NCBI GenBank assembly: GCA_038087875.1
Contig: CM075977.1
Span: 356,128,001 to 356,192,000 of the forward strand
Direction of reading: 5' to 3'
Length of the DNA: 64,000 nucleotides
Origin: Malacoraja senta
Lineage: Eukaryota
The notes under the pieces are model-generated. The model worked only from the letters and a program-made list of their open reading frames with translations, was not told the origin of the DNA and searched no databases. The position numbers and the translations under genes were made by a program. Shown here one piece after another: positions 38,622 to 50,857 of the stretch (its first letter is position 1; each line of letters starts with the position of its first letter).

Positions 38622-41600
38622 TATAGGGAAGGTACAGTTAGAAAAGGACATGTAAATATAAAAATGCTCAGGTGGCATCTATGAGAGAGGATGCATGATA
38701 ACACTTACCTCTCTGTGATGGCCCTTTGTTTCAATAATGTGTACCACCAAAACCAATTGTCTAAAACGTACAACACATGCACAAGAGATTGTCCAAGCAT
38801 TATTCTAAAATTGAAATACTTACCCGAGTGGTACTTGCAGAGAGAATTTGGTTAAAATGGATTGATGCAATTATTGGATCACATGGCAGCAAATCATTTA
38901 TTACATTATGATTCATCTCCATAACATTGAAGCAAGTTATTGGAAATTAAAATAGAAAATAAATACAATGAAGTATATCCTAGTGCACAATTTCATGACA
39001 TCTGTATCAAGGAAAACTGTAGGAATTGTTATTGCAACTTAATAATTTCTGCCCTGTTACTAATATGATGCATCTGCAAAAAGGCTAAATATGGAAACAA
39101 AACTGGGGAAGGAAAAGGGAATTGCAGAAGAGGAATTTTATTAACATACAAAAACAAACTTCCAATAATCTCTCTTCATAGTATGTCATACAGACAAAAA
39201 GACAACTATATTCAGGTACTGTTAAAAATCATTCTGCTATTCAGATACAAATTGCCATTTATTCCATTCACTGGTCGCCCCAATCCTGCACAATTTATTT
39301 TCTTAAGAAACAACCCTTGCACTGGAAGAGGTGGCAAAATGGAAGAAGGTTAATCAGCTTAGCAGGGAAGAAAACGGAAACCCAAACCTGTGCCAATTAA
39401 AGGAAATTGCAGTTATTATTCAGAATCAAACTAGGGACTGCAGTGAGATTCCTGGAAGGCTAATGACAAACAGGAGGCGTAGTCACTGTGCTCTTCATTG
39501 CCCTACTCAATGGTAAAGACTCAGGAAGCAATTACTATAATCCTAGCAGGAGCTGACAGGAACTGGTCAGCCACAGCTATTAGCGGCCTACATAGTGTGA
39601 CTCAACTCAGATTCAATACAACAGCTGAGAGTCCCATTGCTAGTGCTCTCCTGAGGGGGCAAGACATCATCAAGAGTGTCATCTAAGCAAAAAAGCACAT
39701 CTCAAGACGACAGGGGCCATTTATCTACAAGGCAAAGGACAAATGCTTCTGGTGGCAATATGATGTCATGTACTGATTTTCAGAACTTGTAGGACAACAC
39801 TAGTATGCCTGCAATTAATACAACCCCAGCTGTTTGCGGCATTGGGAAAAAAAAACTTTTTCTTGTGGAGAAAATGTATCTGGGCAAAACAAAGAGAGGA
39901 AATCTCACCTTCTTGCCTGCACACATAAATACTTGTAATTGGTTGATATGCTTTACTAGAAATTGATATATCCAGTCCTTATAGTGATATAATTTGAGTG
40001 AGATTAAATTGTTAATGATATGAAAGTATATGCATCTGCCAATTTCAATTATTATAATACGTCACTAATGTAGTCAGTATATATTTCAAAAACACAATGG
40101 AATGTGTTCTTGTCTCAAATTTCAGAGAGATTTAAAAAGTGAAAACAAGGGTTGCCATTAATTTGCCTATTCTCATCTCCTATACCTTCACCCTTTTGAA
40201 AAACCATCTAAGCTCTTTATACTGGCTTCACTCTCTCACAGCGGTGACCAAGTGGACTGACAGCTGGTGTTTGGGTGGTGGTAAATCACCCTGAAACAAG
40301 ACTCTTCCCCGACTGAATGGGGAGAACAACAAAAGGAGGCACGGTTTGGAGTCAGCCAGCGACATAAATGATGGCTTCATTCAGAACCTGGAGCTGTGCA
40401 GCCCTGAAAAAAAATACCACAGCAAACCTCAGACAATGGCCCATCGCGACTAATGCTAGAGTTGAGCAGATTTCCTATACGTAAATTCTCCTGCCCTTTT
40501 GGAACAAAGACACGGCAGAAAGGTGGCACATGAATATTTATTAACTAGAACGTACATGTTACGTTACTATCACCTAAAGTTTTAGTACACTAGCCTGACA
40601 TTACTACATTGATTATTACAATCATTTACCTGGAGAGGAAAATACACAAATACACTCTTCTCCCCTCCCCCCCCCCCCCCTTCCCCCACCCGCCCTCCAC
40701 CACCCCCAACTTCTATATTCCAAAGGCTATAATTTAAAAACTAATGGTTAAACATTACGGGTTGTAACATATTCTTTTATCTGAAACATATATTACTGTC
40801 ACACTCTATGACTGTTTTCACTATTTGAATATTTAAGCACATGATGCTTTCACTGTTTTAGAATTTTTGTTATTTTCAGTTAGTTAAAACTCTTCTTTGA
40901 TATATTAGAGCAGAAAGCCCACCTGCATCACCTTTCTATAAGATCCAGTACAGGATCTCTCTATTCCCTCACGTGTTCAGGTCTTTGTAGCATTAACCTA
41001 TGTGAACAGGCTTTCACTGGTCCCTAAAATGCCATATTGCATCTAATTTCCCTCCAACCTTGCTGTATTTTTCTGCTGTAACTCGAACCCTCAGCAGGAG
41101 CTGAAATTAAACAGGCCACCCATATGCCATGCCTCACTTGTTGTCCTTTCCTTACTACCATCTGGCATATTTGTTCAGCCTAAAATCCAGACACAATGAC
41201 ATGGGAGCCACTGATGTTGTCTGCCCCATCTGCTCACAGCAGAATCCTCAACCTTACCGGACAGACAGCAATGCTTAACCCTAACACTGCAAAATGTATT
41301 TAACCTGTTAATTCGGATCAGCTTTCACACTGTTGGCTGTCACTATGGTAGTTTATACCAGCCTATAAAAACAAAATTGTCAAATAAAAGTTAAGACATT
41401 AAAAACACTTCATGAAAATTCACATTTCTGGCACTCTTTAACTCATCCAAAATCTCCCGCAAAGAATTTGATGAAATAAAAATTAGGCAATTTCAACTAT
41501 TTGTTTTGCAGTTGAGGCCATAGAACAAATAGGTTTTAACTGCATTCATGTGACTTAACTGATCTTAAGTGTACAATACTCTTCTAAATCATGTTTCTTG

Positions 41601-42111
41601 ACTGAACAGGTAATTTGTGACTACATTCATCAACAACCAATCTCTCTAGTATTGTTCCTTACAGTACATAATGTAGGCAAAAAAACAATGATGAGAGTAT
41701 GAAATTGGATTTCTTTTTGCCCATTTCCCTCTCATTGGGAAATACAGACAAACATTTTCAAAAGGGATTCTTGGTTTTGCTTCAAGGGTCATTTATGGAG
41801 AATACTAAAAATAAAAGATTTTTTTTTTGCCAAGGTATTTCTTATAATAACATTCATCAGTGCTAAGTATCAATTGAACATTTGTTCATAAAATATAAAC
41901 CAGCGTGCTCAAACCAGAGCACAATACTCCAAATATGACCTCACCAACGTCTTGTACAACTTTAACACAGCATCCCAACTTGTATACTCAATACTCAAAG
42001 ACACCAATGTATCCAAAAGCATGGTGCCACCCTATCTATCTGTGATATCTCTAATACCTTTATTAACAGGGGGGCAATGTTGTGCAGATCCTTTGAAGAC
42101 CTTGCCTTAAT

Positions 42112-44250
42112 CAGGCTTCGTACATTTGGAACAGCTATAAATTCAAGGACTTTCAAGGTCCAAAAATCCTATTTTCAAGGATCAAAATCCAGCAAACATT
42201 GATGGTTTATCGGAGATTTGTATATAAATTGCTTGGTATTGGATGATTTGATTCTCTACCAAATAAAAAGTAAGAAGGTTGGCTGGTCACCATCTCAGGA
42301 TTAAAAATCATGTTTTGCACACCTCTGGCACAAAGAACACAGCAGAAACAACTTTCAACACAAATTTCCTTCGAAGTTATGAACCATTGATATGGCTCGA
42401 ATAATTGCCAAAAGCCAATTGGAATTTGGAGTTGAGACCTTGTTTTCTGTTGCGTTACTTGTGTACAGACTCTAATTTCCAGGGAAATCTGAGAAGGTGA
42501 TCAGTCAATCCATTAGTCCAAGTGGCACAGAACGACAGGAAACTACATAATAATTACATACAAGATGGTTAACTTATCTATATTCGTACTTCAATAGAGC
42601 ACTGATGGTCCATTTTCAACCAGTCCCTGCAAACCTGTACTGTCCCTGCCTGATTCAAAGTGTCCACTATTGTCCCAGTACCCAAAAAGTCAAGGATTAC
42701 TGGTCTTAATGACTACAGGCCTGTTGCACTGACCTTTGTATTCATCAGGCATGAGACAGGAAAAAACTGAAAAAAGAGGAAGAGAAATGGAAATTTTTTG
42801 ATAATTGTACCTTGAATTGACAACATTTTCTTGCTTGTTTACCCTTAATTTATACTGTAATTTTGTTTATTGTACTTTAAAATAACACATTTTACTTCCT
42901 TGTCACTTCCAGCATCTGCAGTTCTTTCTTAAACATTTTACTTGCTTGTCATTTCTTAATTTACACAAAAAAATGTGATAATCATACCTTAAAATGACCC
43001 CAACTGGTTGCTTGTTTACACTTGTCATATTGAAAATATTTTATATTAAACCTATACCTACTTGTAACATGATACCTGTTCCTTGCTTGTTTACTCTAAT
43101 TAGAGAGAAGTATCCTTTACGCAGGAAATTTTTGATAATTTTCTTGATAATTATACCTTGAAATAACCATTTCCTTGCTTGTTTACCCTTAATTTATACA
43201 GATTTTTTTAAATTATACCTTACAACAGGGGCCTCCAAACTTTTCAGCATGAGGGCCACATTATATATTTGGCACATTTTTGAGGGCCGTAGGAAAAAAT
43301 GAAGAAATGTCAGTTTTACAAATGTAATTAACTCAAAAAAGAACTTAAGTAAAACAAATGGAAGAAATTCAATAAAAAACGTAGCCATCAATCAAGGTTA
43401 GCCAACAAAATCATAAAGCTTTATGCAACCACATTAATGGGAAGGATGGAACTGTTTTTTTTATTTCAAAATTTCATTGAAATCCTCAACCTGATAGCCT
43501 ATGGCAAACTGACGTGCAAATTCCTGCGCTACCCAGTGTTGCAGCGCTAATTTTTTAGGTGCCGGAGTTGTCAAACAGGGGCATCATTTCAGGTTTTGCT
43601 TGGGAGGCAAGCTAGTCTCCCAAGAGGGTCAAACAGGATTATAGCCCATTACTACATCCCATTGTATAACTAGTACAATAAAACATATAATACTTAATTT
43701 AATAATATGACAAAATATTGCATGGTTGCACTCATTAATTATCATGAAATATAATTATCAAGCAAGTAAAGAAAAAGACAGTGATCATGTATTTTTACAG
43801 AGGTGCCGGACCAGCACCAACTCGCCCCGATTCTCCCGCAGCTCTGGGCCTTCACACACACACACACACTCGCACACACCCACACCCACATACCCACTCG
43901 ACCCTCGCCTCTCCACCGGCCACCAGCGGACCAGAGCCGTCACCTCAACAGAGTTCCAGGCACCAGGCCCACAACCTCCATGATGCAGACAGCACGTGGT
44001 CTGACTATGCTGTGTCCTGGTGCTCCTCCCCTCCCTCCTACAGGGAACGTCGTTAGCAAACATATTTAACAATGCTTCCCGACTTTTAATAAAAATACTC
44101 ATTATAAACGATGAAAAAACGCCACATTACTCTGCATGAATTAAAACTTTTATCATACAACATGAATCTCCAAGGACTTTCAAGGACCTATGACAAATAA
44201 GGCCTTGAAAAACCGAGTTTTAAATTCCATGACTTTCAAGGACCCTACTT
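42112..44250. mobile_element. Probable composite non-autonomous hAT-like DNA transposon remnants
   Basis: caggcttcgtac start, repeated ttcaaggactttcaagg motifs at both ends, and an internal caggggcctccaaact start at ~43225. Confidence 0.4.
42590..42745 (+). mobile_element. Internal Rex1/Babar RT fragment
   Basis: [38 protein letters not shown]. Confidence 0.75.
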
Positions 44251-44569
44251 AATGGTGTTAGGGTGAGGCTCGTTTTGCTTTATGCTTCAGTGTACACATG
44301 AACAATAATTTGGGGCTCAGCCTCCATACGTGTTCATACCCAAGCATAGTCTACATGCTGTAGCTTAGCAACTGAGGTTGGAATGACCTTGGTTTTAGAT
44401 TGGAGTGCCAAAGTAAAGATGTTTTCCATTCACTCTGAAGATTCCAGTGAGAAGCTTGCTTGAGGTGAGATGCAATAATGCAAAGCTGAGAAGCGAGTTG
44501 GAGCAATGACAGAATCTTGCAACTGGACCCCCCGATAGACCCATTGGTTAGAGTCACCGTTTGCACATC

Positions 44570-45464
44570 ATCAGGATGCTAGGAGGCTGCAAGGTGACTT
44601 GGATAGGCTGGGTGAGTGGGCAAATGCATGGCAGATGCAGTATAATGTGGATAAATGTGAGGTTATCCACTTTGGTGGCAAGAACAGGAAAGTAGACTAT
44701 AATCTAAATGGTGGCCGATTAGGAAAAGGGGAGGTGCAACGAGACCTGGGTGTCATGGTACATCAGTCATTGAAAGTAGGCATGCAGGTGCAGCAGGCAG
44801 TGAAGAAAGTGAATGGTATGTTAGCATTCATAGCGAAAGGATTTGAGTATAGGTGCAGGGAGGTTCTACTGCACTTGTACAGGGTCTTGGTGAGACACCT
44901 GGAGTATTGCGTACAGTTTTGGTCTCCAAATCTGAGGAAAGACATTCTTGCCATAGAGGGAGTACAGAGAAGGTTCACCAGACTGATTCCTGGGATGTCA
45001 GGACTTTCATATGAAGAAAGACTGGATAGACTCGGCTTGTACTCGCTAGAATTTAGAAGATTGAGGGGGGAATCTTATAGAAACGTACAAAATTCTTAAG
45101 GGGTTGGACAGACTAGATGCAGGAAGATTGTTCCCGATGTTGGAGAAGTCCAGGACAAGGGGTCACAGTTTAACGATAAAGGGGAAATCCTTTAGGACCG
45201 AGATGAGAAAAACATTTTTCACACAGAGAGTGATGAATCTCTGGAACTCTCTGCCGCAGAAGGTAGTTGAGGCCAGTTCATTGGCTATATTTAAGAGGGA
45301 GTTAGATGTGGCCCTTGTAGCTAAAGGGATCAGGGGGTATGGAGAGAAGGCAGGTACAGGATACCGAGTTGGATGATCAGCCATGATCATATTGAATGGT
45401 GGTGCAGGCTCGAAGGGCCGAATGGCCTACTCCTGCACCTATTTTCTATGTGTCTATGTGTCTA
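44570..45464 (+). mobile_element. CR1 3' fragment nested in RTE
   Basis: ORFs 44599-45099 and 45104-45376; tail (atgtgtct)n; atcat on both flanks. Confidence 0.95.
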
Positions 45465-45743
45465 TCATGCATAAGTATCTCTCAGCTAATAAGATTCAAA
45501 GGCATTTATGAGAATGAAAAAGCCATGTATAATGGCAGATGCTACTACTTATAGCCCAACAAAAAACATGTCCATTCTGCCTCTTGACACATAGAATCCG
45601 CATTGCAACTCCGTAAGAAGATCTTGAGCAATTGGAGGTAGCAGCTGAGGAGAACACTTGCAATGACTTTGCCTATGACAAACAGCATATGGATACCGGT
45701 TTGGTTTCCACAACTGGAAATGGCTCCTTTCTTGCAGATTATC

Positions 45744-46700
45744 ATAGAAACATAGAAAATAGGTGCAGGAGGAGGCCATTCGGCCCTTGTGATCATGGCT
45801 GATCGTCCCCTATCAATAACCCGTGCCTGCCTTCTCCCCGTATCCCTTGACTCCACTAGCCCCTAGAGCTCTATCTAACTCTCTCTTAAATCCATCCAGT
45901 GATTTGGCCTCCACTGCCCTCTGTGGCAGGGAATTCCATAAATTCACAACTCCCTGGGTGAAAACGTTTTTTCTCACCTCAGTCTTAAATGACCTCCCCT
46001 TTATTCTAAGACTGTGGCCCCTGGTTCTGGACTCGCCCAACATTGGGAACATTTTTCCTGCATCTAGCTTGTCCAGTCCTTTTATAATTTTATATGTTTC
46101 TATAAGATCCCCCCTCATCCTTCTAAACTCCAGTGAATACAAGCCTAGTCTTTTCAATCTTTCCTCATATGACAGTCCCTCCATCCCAGGGATCAATCTC
46201 GTGAATCTATGCTGCACTGCCTCAATCACAAGGATGTCCTTCCTCAAATTAGAAGACCAAAACTGTACACAATACTCCAGATGTGGTCTCACCAGAGCCC
46301 TATACAACTGCAGAAGAACCTCTTTACTCCTATACTGAAATCCTCTTGTTATGAAGGCCAACATTCCATTAGCTTTCTTCACTGCCTGCTGTACCTGCAC
46401 ACCAACTTTCAGTGACCAGTGTACAAGGACACCCAGGTCTTGCTGTACCTCCCCCTTACCTAACCTAACCCCATTGAGATAATAATCTGCCCCCTTGTTT
46501 TTGCCACCAAAGTGGATAACCTCACATTTATCTATATTATACTGCATCTGCTACGCATCTGCCCACTCACTCAACCTGTCCAGGTCACCCTGCAACCTCC
46601 TAACATCCTCTTCACAGTTCACACTGCCACCCAGCTTTGTGTCATCTGCAAACTTGCTAGTGTTGCTCCTAATTCCCTCTTCCAAATCATTAATATATAT
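45744..46700 (-). mobile_element. CR1 3' fragment nested in RTE, open frame of at least 244 aa
   Basis: ORF 45813-46547. Confidence 0.95.
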
Positions 46701-47019
46701 GGTTTCATGATCATGTTCATATATCATGATGACAGCTCCTCAATCCCCTGCTGTGCTCTCCGTTTCCCCCAATGAAAGATAGAAGTCTGTGAATTCATAC
46801 CAAATGCTTCTATTTGCTAAGTTTTAGAACTTCAACTGGGATGCCATCAGCTCCAGAGACCTTGTATATTTGGCGTATCAGAGGTAACAGCAAGACCAGA
46901 CTAGAAAGAAGTGCGGGATGCCAAGATGTTCCTTGCTGTAAGGATGGACTGTCTCTGGGTCCTCAAAAAGCCAGTCTCGGTTCTTGGCTCTCAGCGGGAC
47001 TGGTAATTGTATGCGGGCT

Positions 47020-47385
47020 GCAGATGTAATTGTCAGGAAGGCCAACTCCGTCCTGGGGACGGTTGGATTCATGGGAGGTGGTCTTGGAGGGGAGGATGCT
47101 CCTCAAACTGCGGAGCATCCTGGACAATACAGCTCACCCCCTCCATGACACACTGGTCAACCAGAGGAGTACCTTCAGCAACAGATTGGTTCTACGAAGA
47201 TGCAGAACAGAACGCCACAGGAGATCCTTCTTCTCTGCGGCTATCAAACTGTACAACTCCTCCCATTTCTGTTGTGGGGTAGACTGAGACTGATTACCCT
47301 TCCCCCCTCCACCCCAATCTTTGCACATCCCCAAACCTTTCCACTCGTCACTTTAATTTCATGTTGCATGCATTTTGCGTTTTGC
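47020..47385 (+). mobile_element. Rex1/Babar-type LINE 3' fragment
   Basis: KLRSILDNTAHPLH...RCRTERHRRSFFSAAIKLYN. Confidence 0.8.
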
Positions 47386-47463
47386 AGATCAAATTCCCTC
47401 TATCGTACCGTATCGTTATCGATGACTGCTGGAATTCCTTTGCTCTGTCCATCAACCAGCTAT

Positions 47464-47565
47464 GTCTGAAGAAGAGTCTCAACCCGAAACATCACCTATT
47501 CCTTTTCTCTAGAGATTCTGCCTGACCCATAAACTTACTCCAGCATTTTGTGTCTATTCTTCAGG
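47464..47565 (+). repeat. Penelope-derived repeat with hammerhead-like core
   Basis: gtCTGAAGAagagtctcaacccGAAACATCacc. Confidence 0.7.
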
Positions 47566-48678
47566 CCATATATGTTTTCTATTGGACATTGGCTTTCAGG
47601 TGCCCATCGATCTGGAATTTTTTCTCCCATGAGGCATAATGGAGTTTCCATTGCAAGAATACATTGTGTGATTAATATGTCCCTGGATATCTTCAAATCA
47701 CTCCCTGTTTTTTTCTTGTTGCAAAGTTGCAAATGTTGCACACATTGACAACAGATAAAAATGACCTGCTACCCAATCTCCTATTTTTTTGCGCAAGATC
47801 AGGAACTGCAGATCTGCTCTGTGCATGACCTCTTTTAAAACTGGTTCTTATTGTGCATTGCATCATAAAGATAACCCTGCTTTCTACTAGTAAATGGCAC
47901 TTTCACAATTGGACATCCTTGTTGTTACAAAAATTGCAGTTTTCTAATATTCTTAGAGATATAATACAAAGCCTCTATTTTTGCATCTCAACCTTTACAA
48001 CTGTCGGGTAACATTTTGCATTCAAAATGTGGGTGTGCGTACAAGATAATGAGGAAAAATGCTGAAAATTGAAATAACAGAAAAAATAATAACCACACAA
48101 TAAATCTAACACCATCAAAAATAATACAAGGTGGAATATTAGTGCTTTGGGGCATAAGCTTGATAACAATCCCCTTCTCTGCTAAATGGGTGCACAGATC
48201 ACAATGCATAATTAATTCACGCCTGTTAGTAGCGATGTTACAAAACTCTACCATCAGTGGTGCTCCAGATCTGCCCACTGCCTGTGAGTGCGATTACGGA
48301 GGCTTTGGGGGGGGGGGGGGGGGGGGTTAAATGCAGGCTTGCATTGGTTGTCGGAGAGGGATTTGCTCGGACTGCTAGCTGATGAAGAAAATTTGTTCTG
48401 AGCTTCCGTTCCCGTTTTTTTAATTTAAAAGTTGCTGGTCGATTGCATCGCTGGATTGAAGTTAAATGCGCCTTCTAACACCTACAACATCACGGATCGC
48501 AAGTGCAGGACAAAACAAAAGGTATGTCATTTATTTAACATATCTTGCTTTTTGGTGTGGTTTCATTTTAATATGATGATGCGAAAGATATTATTTAGGC
48601 CCCGATACGATATCGGCCGTGTCTTGCCTGCCGATAGGGGCTTAAATCATGGCAGCAGCCACATTCCAATCTATAACG

Positions 48679-50401
48679 ATCCAGAAACATCCACTCTCAA
48701 GATAATCAAATTCATTATTTTTATGCACAATCAAGTCTTAAGAACATCTAAAGCATCTATATTTTGTGTTATTGTCCATCCATGATCAATATTTTCATAC
48801 TAAATATCCACAGTCGGAGTGGATAAGAATGGAAAAAGAGGAGTGTTTCCCGTACGATATAGGAACGATCTTGTTCTCACCAATAAAATTGAATAGTATA
48901 ATATATAAGAAGAACCCAATTATTCACAATACAATAAGAATTTGTAAAACAAATAAAATTATCCTTGAAATTAAATAATCTATCAGTATTAACCCCAATT
49001 CTGAATAATCCTGCATTCAAACCATCTCTTATCGACAAAACATATAAACAATGGGATAGATTGGGGATTGGGAAAGTAGGAGATATGTATGAACTGGGCA
49101 AATTGTTATCATTTCAACAATTAAAATTAAAATTTAAACTGAATGATAATCAATATTTTAAATATATACAGATATGTGACTTTATGAAGAAATATATACA
49201 TAGATCTCAAACTATATTTTTAGACCCTTTAGAAGAAGCAATGAATATTAAGGCTGATTCAGGAAAACTAATATCATATTTTTATAATAGTATATTAAAT
49301 AGAGAATTACCCTCAACAGAGGCACTAAGAGAAGATTGGGAACATGAACTAATGATAAAGATCCCGAAAGATAGATGGGAAAAGTATCTGATGAATACAC
49401 ATAATTGTTCCATTAATGCAAGACATAATTTAATTCAATTTAAATTATTACATAGACTATATTATTCAAAAACGAGGTTGAATAAATTTTACCCAAATGT
49501 CTCTCCCAGATGCGATAAATGTTTGTTTCAAAATGCCAATATAACACATTCATTTGTAGGATGTACAAAGTTGAATACATTTTGGAGCGATATATTTGAT
49601 ATATTTACAAAGCTCTTCAAGTCAAGAATAGAACCTAATATGGAATGGATTATATTTGGAATAATATTAGAAGATAGCAATTTAAACAAAGACCAAAAAG
49701 TATTCTTTAATTATGGGTTAATAATTGGAAAGAAATTGATACTTAAATTTTGGAAAAATACAGCTATACCAACTATTAAAATGTGGATTAGGAATATGAC
49801 GGACATAGCACACCTAGAAGAAATGAGACTCCGTCTAATAGATAAATATGACCAATTCTTAAGGAGTTGGTCACCTTTCATCGACTTTTTGGAATCATGT
49901 GATGCAGCAGTACCGTAAAGATTACTGATTTCAGGTCAGGTCGTGGATAGATTTACATCTCCAAACAAAGATTTGAAAATTTCTTTTTTAAGGGTCTTTT
50001 TCTACTATTTCTACTTTCTATTTTTTCTTTTCTTATATACACACTTCACGTTTTTCTATTTTCTACTATTTATTTTTCCTCTTTCTTTTCTCTATTTTTT
50101 TTTCTTTCTTTTATTTTTTATTTTTTACCTTCTTTTCAAAAACATAAAACTAGAGGTTGTACATAGAATGCATTACGTTATGACATAGTTGGCACCTAAA
50201 ATTAGGTGCCACTGTATTGTTTTGTATTGTATTAACTTCTAATAAAATAAACAAAACAACAACAAAATATCCACAGTACAGTTTTAGTCAGGTATACATG
50301 GATAGACAATTACACAAAATATAGATAATTTAGATGTTCTTATGACATGATTGTGCAAAAAATAATGATTTTGATTATCTTGAGAGTGAATGTTTCTGGA
50401 T
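48679..50401. repeat. ~105-bp inverted repeat arms (48679-48784 and 50297-50401) flanking the L1
   Basis: atccagaaacatccactctcaagataatcaaa... versus ...tttgattatcttgagagtgaatgtttctggat. Confidence 0.85.
48815..50264 (+). mobile_element. 5'-truncated L1 with an open ORF2 C-terminus
   Basis: IQFKLLHRLYY...RCDKC...THSFVGC zinc motif...WSPFIDFL; 13-bp TSD aaatatccacagt at 48802-48814 and 50265-50277. Confidence 0.95.
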
Positions 50402-50857
50402 TTTGAACAAATGTCTGTGTAAAACGACCCTTGCCAACTGCAGTTTATAAACCAACAGAGTAAAATTAATGAGAATTAAACATTCAATTCCTTCCATTTG
50501 GCATAGAAATTCATGACAAAGTGAGATTGAAAAATCATGTTATATTGTGAATTCTTGTGTGAATGGGATCAATTTGTTATTTGGATACTTTGGCTATCAA
50601 AAAAAATATTTTTAGCCTTTTCTTAAGAATGGGATAGATGTTTAGATCTAGTAATTGAATTTAGATGAATTTAATTGATTTGATGATACTGATGAATATG
50701 ATTTTTTTGTTGGGTATTTACTATTTGTTTAAACGTTTAACTTGTGTTAGGCATTTTGTTGAACAAAAACATTTCAACTTTTTTTTTCTAAAACTGCAAA
50801 TAATAACTTGTTTCTGTTAATGCTGCTCCGTGTTTTTTTTCTTTACATTTTGAACAG

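Larger units (their letters stand above)
44280..46950 (-). mobile_element. Old RTE LINE RT region split by two CR1 insertions
   Basis: Collinear minus-strand pieces SGADGIPVEVLK / KKG..CGN..GKVIASVLL..ELQCGF..RGRMDMFF / QSKTKVIPTSVAKLQHVD. Confidence 0.7.

Noticed and set aside
38709-38960. Two minus-strand GTAAGT donors and a 52-nt candidate exon (QLVLVVHIIETKGHHRE or NWFWWYTLLKQRAITE)
   Set aside because: The implied 63-nt intron is very short, the acceptor is weak, the joined frames hit stops and no protein is recognisable
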